Origin: Octopus vulgaris
Lineage: Eukaryota
Length of the DNA: 64,000 nt
Assembly (NCBI GenBank): GCA_951406725.2
Contig: OX597829.1
Location: forward strand, 49,166,001 to 49,230,000
Reading direction: 5' to 3'
The notes beneath the pieces are model-generated. The model was not told where the DNA came from. It did not search any database and saw nothing but the letters and a program-made list of their open reading frames with translations. The translations under genes and the position numbers were made by a program. This document shows positions 51,549 through 64,000 of the stretch, in pieces (position 1 is the stretch's first letter; every line of letters starts with the position of its first letter).

Positions 51549-53199
51549 TTACGGAAATAGGTCTACAGCCTTAGTATCACTACTTTAAAGAGTTTTAATC
51601 GAACAAGTTGATCTCAGCATTAGTTCCTTCTTTTAGACTGGTGCATATTCTGTCAATCTCTATTGCTGAACCACTAAGTTACAGGTATATAATCAAACCA
51701 ACACTTGTGTGTGTGTGTTTCTTTCAGTTTCTGTCTAATAAATCGATTCACAAGGCTATGGGCAGCTTGGCGGCTATAATAAAAGACATTTGTTCAGGGT
51801 ACCACACAGTGGGACTGAACCTGGAACGATGTAGCCACCCCATGTTTAGGTAAGTAGTTACACATACATGCATATACACACACATACATACATACATATA
51901 CATACATCATCGTCATCGTCGTTTAACATCCACTTTTCATGCTGGCATGGGTTGGACGGTTTGCATGAGGGCTGGACCAGGCTCCAATCTGATCTGGCAA
52001 AGATTCTACAGCTGGATGCCCTTCTTATTGCCAACTACTCCAAGTGTGTTGTGTTTCCTTGTTACACACAACCAGCATGAGTGCCAGTTAGGCAGTACTG
52101 GCATTGACCACGTTTGAATGGTGCTTTTTATGTGCCACAGGCATGGGAGCCAGTCAGGCAGCACTGACAATGATTGCACTCAAATAGTGCTTTTTACGTG
52201 CTACCAGCATGGGACCAGTCAGCCGACACTGACATTGACCATGCTCAAATGGAGCTTTTTATATTCCACTGGCATGGGAGCCAATTAGGTGGCACTGGAA
52301 ACACATACATACATATATCATCATCATTTAACGTTCGCTTTCCATGCTAGCATGGGTTGGACGATTTTGACCAAGGGCTGTTGAACCAGATGGTTGCACC
52401 AGTCTCCAATCTTGATTTGGCAGAGTTTCTTCAGCTGGATGCCCTTCCTAACGCCAACTACTCCGAGAGTATAGTGGGTGCTTTTTACGTGCCACTGGCA
52501 TGGGGGCCAGCCAGGCGGTACTGATAATGATCTCGCTCGAATCCTTTTACACATGACACCAGCACAGGTGCCAGTAAGGCGACGCTGGTAACAATCACGC
52601 TCGAATGGTGCCCTTTAAATATATGTATATATATATATATATATATACATCAATTTCTTTATTCATATCTCTCTATCCAACCAACTATGCACTTATTTGT
52701 CTATCAATCCATTACTTCATCCTACTATGCATTCTCTCTTTCTTTCTTTCTTTCTTTCTTTCTCTCCACCAACAATCCATGATCCATTATTTATCCATCC
52801 TTACCTTCAGTTTGTCTGTCTATCTGTCTATCAATCTATCTACTTATCTATCTATAAACCTATCCCACCATCTTCAAATTCTTCTCAAAGAACAAAAGAA
52901 AAATATTGATTGTTACAAGTTTAACTCACATTAAAGAAATGATATTCTTTCTAGAAAAAAAAAAAAAAAGCATACATTCTAAAAAGAAAATTGCCATAAA
53001 TGTGAACCGTTCCCAGAGAACTGACAGAAATCGTACCAACACCGAAACAAAGGCAAAAAAATAACACAATAAAAGCGTCACATTATGGAAGCCAAGATAT
53101 CTCAAAATCTATGATTACCATGGTGATAATAATATCTTACACGCAGACACGTGCAAACACCAAATCCTGTATTTTTCTCAAATAAGAAAATAAACGAAG

Positions 53200-53765
53200 G
53201 AGTAGTCATGGCTGTGTAATAACGAGCCAGCTTCCCAATCACATGGTTCTGGGTTCAGTCCCATTGTGTGACACTTTGGCCAAGTGTCTTCTACTATAGC
53301 CTCAGGTCGACTAAAGCCCTGTGAGTGAATCTGGGAGGTGGAAACTAAAAGAATCCCATTATAAATATATATATTATAGGCACAGACATGGGTGTGTAGT
53401 AAGAAGGTTCCTTCCCAACGACATGGTTTTGGGTAGAGTCTCATTGCATGGCATCATGGGCGAGTGTCTTCTACTAAAGCTTCAGGCCAACTAAAGCCTT
53501 GTGAGTAGATTTGGTGGATGGAAACTGAAAGAAGCCCATCACATTGTATGTGTGTGTGTATGTGTGTGTGTGATAATATATATATATATATATTATATAT
53601 AGGCACAGTCATGGCTGTGTGGTAAGATGTTTTCTTCCCACCCACATGGTTCTAGGTTCAGTCTCACTGTGTGGCACCTTGGGCAAGTGTCTTCTACTAT
53701 AGGCTCAGGCTGACCAAAGCCTTGTGAGTATATTTGGTTGATGGAAACTGGAAGAAGCCTGTCAC
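53200..53765 (+). mobile_element. Three tandem SINE family A 5' halves
   Basis: catggctgtgt...aaagccttgtgagt...ggaaactgaaagaag units at ~53200, 53378 and 53600 separated by (TA)n. Confidence 0.75.
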
Positions 53766-55272
53766 ACACACATATATAAATATATTTACATGTATGTATG
53801 TGTGTGTAGTGGAGGTGCGTGGCTTAGTGGTTAGGGTGTCAGCATCATGATCGTAAGATTGTAGTTTCGATTCCTGGACCGGGCGATGCGTTGTGTTCTT
53901 GAGCAAAACACTTCATTTCACGTTGCTCCAGTTCACTCAGCTGGCAAAAATGAGCAACGCTGCGATGGACTGGCGTCCCATCCAGTTGGGGAACATATAC
54001 GCCATAGAAACTGGGAAACCGGGCCCATGAGCCTGGCTAGGCTTTAAAAGGATACATTTATTATTATTATTATGCATGTGTATATCTTCAGGTCTGTGTT
54101 TGGACTGATTGCAGTGAAGGCTAGCATGATGTTGGTACTGACTGGTGACTAGGCCTTTTGTTCCTCTTTTTCTTTTTATGTCAAGTGTGTTTGTTATCTC
54201 TTATAGAGATTTTTCTAACTAACTACTTTACTTGGTGCAAGATCAGTGACTGATTGTTGGCTTTAGTTTTTAATATATCACAAGCTGGAGCAAATTCCTG
54301 CTCTGTCTAGTAGACGGGTGTTCACCACAGACAATGGGCACAAATATCCTGAAATCGTGCAGTCTGCGAGAAGATGGTAAGAATTCACTGGTAAACAATA
54401 TATATCAGCTGCAGATTGCCTCGATAACCAACCAGAACAGGCTCTTCCTGGGGTTTAAAATGGTAGTAACATTGAACAGTCATATTAACGTAGTGATAAA
54501 CAGTATTTCCCATCGTCACACTAAAATACTTTTCCTTTTTTTTCCTCTCTTTTGTCTTTACTTATACTAGTTTTTTTGGGGTTTTTTTTTGTATTCTTTT
54601 GTAATTTCATTTTCCTAATCTTTCACGGCTGCACTTCTCTTTTTCTCTTTCTCTTTTTTACTTGTTTCAGTCATTTGACTGCGGCCATGCTGGAGCACCG
54701 CCTTTAGTCGAGCAAATCGACCCCTGGACTTATTCTTTGTAAGCCCAGTACTTATTCTATCGGTCTCTTTTGCCAAACCGCTAAGTGACGGGGACGTAAA
54801 CACACCAGCATCGGTTGTCAAGCAATGCTAGGGGACAAACACAGACACACAAACATATACACACACACTTATATATATATACATATATACGACAGGCTTC
54901 TTTCAGTTTCCGTCTACCAAATCCACTCACAAGGCATTGGTCGGCCCGGGGCTATAGCAGAAGACACTTGCCCAAGATGCCACGCAGTGGGACTGAACCC
55001 GGAACCATGTGGTTGGTTAGCAAGCTACTTACCACACAGCCACTCCTGCGCCTATGTTCACGATTTTACATTTATTTGTTGCTGTTGTTGTTGTTATTGC
55101 CTGAATATGTCGAAACATCACCATCCAGTGAATTGCTAAGCATCTTCAACTAACACATGACTGCTTTTATAAGTGAAATAAACACTATTATTGATTTGCC
55201 AGAAATATAAAAAAAAAAAAAAGCAGGCATCCACGAAACCGTAAATGATTTATTTATTTATTTACCAGCAAT

Positions 55273-55936
55273 GGATGGATGGAAGCACTCCGTCGGTCAC
55301 GACGATGAGGGTTCCGGTTGATCCGAATCAACGGGACAGCCTGCTCGTGAAATTAACGTGCAAGTGGCTGAGCACTCCACAGACACGTGCACCCTTAACG
55401 TAGTTCTCGGGGATATTCGGCGTGACACAGAGAGTGACAAGGCCGGCCCTTTGAAATACAGGTACAACAGAAACAGAAAGTAAGAGTGAGAGAAAGTTGT
55501 GGTGAAAGACTACAGCAGGGATCACCACCATCCCCTGCCGGAGCCTCGGATGGAAGCACTTAGTCGGTTACGACGACGAGAGTTCCGGTTGATCCGAATC
55601 GACGGGACAGCCTGCTCGTGAAATTAACGTGTAAGTGGCTGAGCACTCCACAGACACGTGTACCCTTAACGTAGTTCTCGGGGATATTCAGCGTGACACA
55701 GAGAGTGACAAGGCTGGCCCCTTGAAATACAGGTACAACAGAAACAGGAAGTAAGAGTGAGAGAAAGTTGTGGTGAAAGAGTACAGCAGGGATCACCACC
55801 ATCCCCTGCCGGAGCCTCGTGGAGCTTTTAGGTGTTTTCGCTCAATAAACACTCACAACGCCCGGTCTGGGAATCGAAACCGCGATCCTACGACCGCGAG
55901 TCCGCTGCCCTAACCACTGGGCCATTGCGCCTCCAC
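55273..55936 (-). mobile_element. SINE family C with ~271 bp internal tandem duplication
   Basis: tRNA-like head at the right end; body duplicated (55277-55547 and 55548-55818); 11 bp TSD ttaccagcaat at 55262-55272 and 55937-55947. Confidence 0.9.
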
Positions 55937-56591
55937 TTACCAGCAATACAGCAGAAATAAATGGTTAAGAAATTCACTTGGTAATCACAACATCGCAGTT
56001 TCATTCCCACTATTTGGCATTTACATTTACACATGTTGTGTTTAACTGTAGCCTCAAGCTAGTCAAGTGAATTTCGGTAGTAGGAAACTGTGTGAAAGCC
56101 TGACAGATGCATGGCAGCTGTACTTCAAAGATACAGTCTTGATACACTGTTCCATGGGGATTCTGCTTGACAATGGACACAGGTGTAGCTGTGTGGTAAG
56201 AAGCTTGCTTCCACACCACATAGTTCTCTAAGTTCTGTCCCACTGCAGGGCACCTTTGGCAAGTGTCTTCTATTATATGTTTCTTTATTACCCACAAGGG
56301 GCTAAACATAGAAGGGACAAACAAGGACAGACTAACGGATTGAGTCGATTACATCGACCCCAATGCGTAACTGGTACTTAATTTATCGACCCTGAAAGGA
56401 TGAAAGGCAAAGTCGACCTTGGCGTGATTTGAACTCTGAACGTAACGGCAGACGAAATACGGCTACGCATTTCGCCCGGCGTGCTAACGGTTCTGCCAGC
56501 TCGCCGCCTTAATTGTGTCTTCTATTATGGCTTTGGGCCAACCAAAGCCTTGTGAGTGAGATTTGGTAGATGAGAACTGAAAGAGGCCCAT

Positions 56592-56626
<35 letters not shown>

Positions 56627-59600
56627 ATATATATATATATATATCTGTGCCACTATCTCTTCAGTTATCAACCGAAGAGATGGTGGCATGGATTTCCACC
56701 TCAGCATCTAAAAACTCGGAGTTTTATCATGGTTACCGAATAATTGTCACATATTACATTTACAGATAAATTCCTCTATTTACATAACATCGAGGTCTTT
56801 TTCATTCTTTTGTTGTCTTACCATTTTTATCAATATATATATATATATATGTATGTAACTACTTGAACTTTGGGTACATGTCTATTATTATGTCGATCAA
56901 AGCATATTCACCACATGGGCTACCTGATGTCATCCAAAATAATGAAATAATTTTCACAGGATCTACATCAGGTAATCTGCATTGTTGACTTTGTAATTGA
57001 TAAAAGAATATGAACAGGATGGGAAGTAATACATGACTAGTGAATAAAAATGGTTTGGGATTTTGGCACAGGTCAGAAATTTCAGGGGAAGGGCTACATT
57101 GACCCCCAGTGCTCCACTGGTACCTATTTTATTAACCCTGAAAAGGTGAACGGCAAAGTTGATCTCAGCAGAATTTGAACTCAGAATGTAAAGACAAACA
57201 AAATGCCCCAAAGCATTTCGTCCAGTGTGCTAATGATTTTACCAGCTTGCCACTTTATAAATTAATAATAATAATAATCCTTTCTGCATTAGGTACAAGG
57301 CCTGGAATTTGAGGGGAGGGGGGTGGTTGATCATATTGATTCCAGCACTTGACTGGTACTTAATTTATCAACTCTGAAAGGATGAAAGGCGAAGCTGACC
57401 TTGGTAGAATTTGAACTCAATGCAATAATAATAAAATAATAATAACAACAACAACAATGATAATAAGGATAATAATGATAATAATGTATTTTAAAAAGTA
57501 TTTTCTTTCCATTTTCTACAATTCTAATGAATCCTAAACATGCTAAACTTTGTGTAGAAACTTAGAAAATAAAACCAAAAATAATAAAGCAATAAACAAA
57601 CAAATAAAAAGTAAAAGACAGCCAAAGCAATAATTTCTGAAATAAATACACACACACTAACACACATACAAACAAAAAAAACATATAACTACTTTTGTGT
57701 CGCTAGTTTTTCCAATGCAGGAGATTATTTCGTGACTAAGCTACTGGTTAATCCTGGGAGCATTGTTTTACATAACGTTCATACTATGAATTTTTTTTTT
57801 CATTTTTTTTGTTTTTTTTAAATCATCCAATAAAGAAGGCAGACACACAAAATACAAATAAATAGATTCTTTAGATTTTAGTCTTCTAGCTGTTTTCTGC
57901 ATGCAAAAGCAAAATAAAAAAAATATTTAAAAAAAAAAAAATAAATAATAATGATAATAATAATAATAAATGTTGAAGTAAAATAGAATGAAACAATGAT
58001 ATTATGTCTTAATCCAAAAGAATGACAAGAAAATGTTTATGATATCTGCTCGAGTGAACATGAAATTTGAAGTTAGGTAGAATAAGTTTGAAACCTGATA
58101 AAATTGTTATTCAATCCTGACTGTTACTTTCGAAACAAAGAACTTGGGAGTGGGGAAAAGGTGTTAGTTGGTGGGTGTGTATAATATCCAGAGATGTATG
58201 GACGCAGTATGAAAACTGGAAAATAGCTCCCACCACATAAAAATTTTTTTAAATGTATGCTATCATATTTAATGAAATAAATCAAGAAATTTATTTGTCG
58301 AACCAAAATAAAAAAAAAAGTTAATGAGCATAATTTTTTTTTTTGAATGACCATAGTCCTCATTAGAAAATCAAGGGAGACAATCATGTAAGGTTAATTA
58401 ATTAAAATTAATTCAATATAGAACATGATGGAGGAGGGAGTCCAATTTTTAGCAGGACAGCAATAGGTCTAGAAAGATTTCAGTTTTATTATATTTCATT
58501 GGAACAGGTTAAACATTATTGTATGTTGTCATCATCATCATCATCATTTAACAGCCGTTGTCCATGCTGGCATGGGTTGGATGGTTTGACCAGGGTTGGT
58601 AAGCTGGAAGGCTACACCAAACTCCAGTCTGATTTGGCATGGTTTTTATGACTGGATGTCCTTCCTAATTTCAGTCACTCAGAGTGTAATGGTTTCTTTT
58701 ACATGCCACTGCCATGGGTCCCATTTGCATGACACTAGTATCTGCCAATACTGTGATTTCGCTCAGTCTAAGTAAAACAAGTTAACAAGTGACTTTCAAT
58801 AAGGTTTATAATGAAGGAGCCTTTAACGTGACTGTTCAAACTGTTTAACTATCAACGAAATTCCCCTCAAATTACACCCTATTATCAATGCATTAGATAA
58901 TGTAATCATGCCTGCACCTAAACAAGAAGGATGGCCATGGCTGGAATACTTATGATCATGAGTCTGCTGGATTAGCAACCACAATAATACTAATAGTGGA
59001 AATCTCAAAATGTTTAAAATTTCTAACAGAGACCAGTTTTATAACGATTCTACATCACCCAATCTAAATATGAGTGGATATAATTGCTTCTGTTGTTAGT
59101 TTAGCCCCGAGTCAACCCTGATTGAGAAGAACTATCATCAAAGCTGTTCCAACCATGAACAACTCATATTTTACCCTTTTTATTCAGACGCCACACGTCT
59201 AGAATTAACATTAAGCAATGTATTTTCTTGTATTTTCTGGTATTTTCATGACGGCATAGAGTGATTAGAAGAGAATTTTAGTGACTAAGCATAAATAAAT
59301 ATAAAGATAGACAGAAAGCTAGTGAGAGAGAGAGAATGAGAGAGAGAGAATGAGAGAGAGGGAGAGAGAGACAGACAGACAGAAAGACAGACAGGCAGAC
59401 AGATTTAAACATATTCCTGTTGTCCGGGTTCCTCAAACAAAAACTGATTTATTTCATTTTTGAGACTCTTAGTTTGTCTTACATATTTTTTATGATAAAC
59501 AATCCAAATATTGTGGTTATCATTATTATTATTATTTTTTATTAATATTGTTATTATTATTATCATTATTATCATCGTCATCATTATTTTGTTCTTTAGG

Positions 59601-60134
59601 TTCTTTAGTTATTTATTTAATCTTGTTTAACAGATAGGATGACATTTGTTTGACGCTCTACAATTTCCTCTTCTAATTCGACTCATAATATTTTTGTCTA
59701 AAAATTGTCAAGGTTTCCCTCTCTCTTTCTCTCTCTCTTTCTCTCATTCAATTAATTTTACTGGTTTTTTTTGTTTCCTTTTTTTAACATTCTCATTACA
59801 GTTGCTTTCGCATAAATATGTCTGCAGTTGTTAACTTCTCTCTTTCTCCTCATGTATAACTCTGAATAACTGTCACTAATAATACACGAATTTGTGTGCA
59901 CTATTAATGTGCATACATGTGTGTGTATGTGTGTGTGTGTGTGTGAGTGAGTGTGTATGCATATTTTGCACATGCTTGCGTGTATGTATGAGAGTGTGCC
60001 TGTATGCATCTGAGCTGATCATTTACATTATGTAAAATCGTGGCATATCAAATTGCATGCACATATCATGTCTAGTAAATAAAATCTAATAGACAGAAAT
60101 AGTCCAGAATCCCACAGCATGTCTCTCTCTCTCC

Positions 60135-60200
<66 letters not shown>

Positions 60201-61224
60201 TTATGTATGTATATATATATATCTGTCATGCACACACACACACAGAATTTCTGTTGTTTGATTAACTGAACTACCTTCTCATCAGGTTACCGTGTCTAAA
60301 CAAGAAGCTGAGTATTTCACAGACATATGCACGCTTTTCCTGAAAAGACATTTAGTGTCAATGTGAATTATTATCTTGCTATGGAACAGGTGAAGGTTTA
60401 GCGACTGAAAAGGCATCCAGCTATAGAACATTCCTGCTGCAGCAAAGTCTCACACGACCCATACAAGCAGGACAAAGCATACATCAAAATGCTGATGATG
60501 ATTACACACACACACACATATAAATGCACTCAATGAAATGGAAAGTGAGTATTTAGCACTCTTTATTCTTTTACTTGTTTCAGTCATTTGACTGCGGCCA
60601 TGCTGGAGCACCGTCTTTAGTCGAGCAAATCGACCCTGGGACTTATTCTTTGTAAGCCCAGTACTTATTTTATCAGTCTCTATTGCCGAACTGCTAAGTG
60701 ACGGGGATGTAAACACACCAGCATCGGTTGTCAAGCAATGCTAGGGGGACAAACACACACACATATATATATATACATATATACGACAGGCTTCTTTCAG
60801 TTTCCATCTACCAAATCCACTCACAAGGCATTGGTCGGCCCGGGGCTATAGCAGAAGACACTTGCCCAAGGTACCACGCAGTGGGACTGAACCCAGAACC
60901 ATGTGGTTGGTTAGCAAGCTACTTACCACACTGCCACTCCTGCGCACTGTGAATATTTTGGTGCAGGCGTGGCTGTGTGGTAAGAAGTTTGCTTCCTGCC
61001 CACATGGTTGTGATTTCGGTCTCACTACATGGCACCTTGGCTAAGAGCCTTCTACTTTAACCCTGGGCTGAGTGGTATTGGCAAACGAAAACTGAAAGAA
61101 TGTGTGTGTGTGTGTGTATACATATGTGTCTGTGTTTGTGTGTCTCTTTTTGTTTGTCTCCCACTTCCATTGGACAACCAGTGTTGGTTTATGTCCCACC
61201 AAGAGGGAGCTAATAGAATAAGTA

Positions 61225-61611
61225 GTGGAGGCGCAATGGCCCGGTGGTTAGGGCAGCAGACTCATGGTCGTAGGATCGCGGTTTTGATTCCCAGACCGGG
61301 CGTTGTGAGTGTTTATTGAGCGAAAACACCTAAAGCTCCACAAGGCTCCGGCAGGGGATGGTGGTGATCCCTGCTGTACTCTTTCACCACAACTTTCTCT
61401 CACTCTTACTTCCTGTTTCTGTTGTACCTGTATTTCAAAGGCCCGGCCTTGTCACTCTCTGTGTCACGCTGAATATCCCCGAGAACTGCGTTAAGGGTAC
61501 ACGTGTCTGTGGAGTGCTCAGCCACTTACACGTTAATTTCACGAGCAGGCTGTTCCGTTGATCGGATCAACCGGAACCCTCGTCGTCGTAACCAACAGAG
61601 TGCTTCCACAG
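61225..61611 (+). mobile_element. SINE family C nested in an older SINE A
   Basis: TSD tagaataagta at 61214-61224 and 61612-61622; A/B boxes tggcccggtgg and gttttgattccc. Confidence 0.9.
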
Positions 61612-62627
61612 TAGAATAAGTACCAGGTTTGAAAGATACAAGTATTAGGGTCAATTTGTTCAACCCTTGAAAGCAGTGCCCCAGCATGGCTACTGTCCAG
61701 TTTCTGAAACAACTAAAAGATATAATGTTTATCGCCAACAGCCACGAGACTGGAAGCATTTCTACTACAATTTAAAATTCTCATTTATACCAATAATAAT
61801 TAATAAGGCGCAGGAGTAGCTGTGTGGTAAGTAGCTTGCTAACCAACCACATGGTTCCGGGTTCAGTCCCACTGCGTGGCATCTTGGGAAAGTGTCTTCT
61901 GCTATAGCCCCGGGCCGACCAATGCCTTGTGAGTGGATTTGGTAGACGGAAACTGAAAGAAGCCTGTCGTATATATGTATATATATATGTGTGTGTGTAT
62001 ATGTTTGTCCCCCTAGCATTGCTTGACAACCGATGCTGGTGTGTTTACGTCCCAGTCACTTAGCGGTTCGGCAAAAGAGACCGATAGAATAAGTACTGGG
62101 CTTACAAAAAGAATAAGTCCCGGGGTCGATTTGATTCGACTAAAGGCGGTGCTCCAGCATGGTCACAGTCAAATGACTGAAACAAGTAAAGAGAGGGAGT
62201 AATATCCATGGTTTTACATTGGTAAATGTCTAGCTGTGAATCTTGAAGAACTATACAGATTCTAACTGTGAGGAACTCCAAAAGTATGAAAAGCTTTCCA
62301 AAGATTTAGCATCTATTTCTTTACTCTGGTTATTATCAAAATTCCTGTAACGAGAGGTTATTTTTGTGTGTATATGTGTGTTAGAAACCTTTACCTTTAT
62401 ATAAAAAAATTCAGTGTATATAAATATGTATCAATGTATATAAGTATGTATGTATATACTTAAATATGCACATACATATATATGTACATAAAATCCATGC
62501 ACAGCAGTATACACACTACCAGCAAAATATGAAGAATCAACTTTAGAAATCTTTTATGGAAACCTCCAAATTAAAGGACAAGTCTAAATTCAACCTTTTT
62601 ACACACACACACACACATATATATATA

Positions 62628-63312
62628 TCATCATCATTTAACGTCCGCTTTCCATGCCAGCATGGGTTGGACGGTTCAACTGGGGTCTGGGGAGCCCGAA
62701 GGCTGCACCAGGCCAGTCAGATCTGGCAGTGTTTCTACAGCTGGATGCCCTTCCCCTAACGCCAACCACTCCGAGAGTGTAGTGGGTGATTTTATGTGCC
62801 ACCGACACAGGTGCCAGACGAGGCTGGCGAACGGCCACGCTCGGATGGTGTTTTTTATGTGCCACCGACACAGGTGCCAGACGAGGCTGGCAGACGGCCA
62901 CGCTCAGATGGTGTTTTTATGTGCCACCGACACAGGTGCCAGACGAGGCTGGCTAACGGCCACGATCGGATGGTGTTTGTTACGTGCCCACAGCACGGAG
63001 GCCAGTCGATGCGGTACTGGCTACGGCCACGTTCGGATGGTTTTCTTGTGTGCCACCGACACTGGTACCACAAAGATACAAATTCCATTGATGTTCATCT
63101 ATTTTGATTTGTTTTGATTTTCACTTGCCTCAACAGGTCTTCACAAGTGTCACAAGAAGGAAGGTATGCACAGGTGGACTGACTACGTCCCAGGTAGGGG
63201 CCACGGGTTATGGCCTGACTAGTCTTGCCGGGTCTTTGGATGGTGTTTTTTGTGCCACCGACACAGGTGCCAGATGAGGCTGGCGAACGGCCACGATTGG
63301 AAGGTGTTTGTT
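62628..63312 (-). mobile_element. Young RTE 3' UTR copy
   Basis: Near-identical reverse complement of 24186-24686, extending to the end of the RTE ORF (~63220-63235). Confidence 0.85.
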
Positions 63313-63744
63313 ATGATATATATATATAATCTAAAGTTACATATATTTATACAAACAAGGAGTGGCTGTGTGGTAAGTAGCTTGCTAACCAACCACATGG
63401 TTCTGGGTTCAGTCCCACTGCGTGGCATCTTGGGCAAGTGCCTTTGTGCTATAGCCTCGGGCCGACCAAAGCCTTGTGAGTGGATTTGGTAGACGGAAAC
63501 TGAAAGAAGCCCGTCGTATATATGTATATATATATATATATGTGTGTGTATATGTTTGTCCCTCTAGCATTGCTTGACAACCGATGCTGGTGTATTTACG
63601 TCCCCATCACTTAGCGGTTCGGCAAAAGAGACCGATAGAATAAATACTGGGCTTACAAAGAATAAGTCCCAGGGTCGAGTTGCTCGATTAAAGGTGGTGC
63701 TCCAGCATGGCAACAGTCAAATGACTGAAACAAGTAAAAGAGTA

Positions 63745-64000
63745 TATATATACATACATATATATACACACACACACACACACTTACGTACGTACGTACG
63801 TACATACTTACGTACGTATGTACATACATACGTACGTACGTACGTACATACATACGTACGTACGTACGTACATACATACGTACGTACGTACGTACATACA
63901 TACGTACGTACGTACGTACATACATACGTACGTACATACATACATACATACATACATACATACATACATACATACATACATACATACATACATACATACA
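63745..64000. repeat. Compound (TACG)n/(TACA)n microsatellite
   Basis: Alternating blocks of cgtacgta and cataca with a ~28 bp higher-order period. Confidence 0.95.

Noticed and set aside
55840-55934. tRNA-like sequences (also 61227-61300, 53811-53885, 41645-41716)
   Set aside because: SINE heads continuing into repeat bodies, without a complete acceptor stem; not called as tRNA genes
56010-56324. ORF containing PHGT, checked as the missing PC2 catalytic-His exon
   Set aside because: Continues HGTVYQDC rather than HGTRCAGE and overlaps SINE sequence

Overview
AT-rich, repeat-saturated animal genomic DNA; the SINE and LINE repertoire looks octopus/coleoid cephalopod-like (inferred, not proven). 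The only host gene I can support is a minus-strand prohormone convertase 2 (PC2/PCSK2-like). Four exons were read directly with GT-AG boundaries (12725-12900, 9409-9624, 6225-6325, 2600-2833), encoding the PC2-specific oxyanion Asp (ASGDGG) and the catalytic Ser (HSGTSAAAP). I found no further exon above 12900, so about 51 kb appears to be one intron. It holds tRNA-derived SINEs, RTE LINE 3' ends, a Dong/R4-like LINE remnant, a Penelope GIY-YIG remnant, Helitrons, piggyBac-, hAT- and Tc1/pogo-type MITEs and microsatellites. Almost all ORFs in the supplied track are spurious. The most interesting signal is several unrelated short elements, mostly embedded in (TA)n tracts, that carry minimal type I hammerhead-ribozyme motifs of the Penelope type. 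One is a head-to-head fold-back joining a tRNA-like Pol III head to a hammerhead, and several long palindromes occur nearby. Repeat boundaries were read by eye and are approximate unless a TSD is given.
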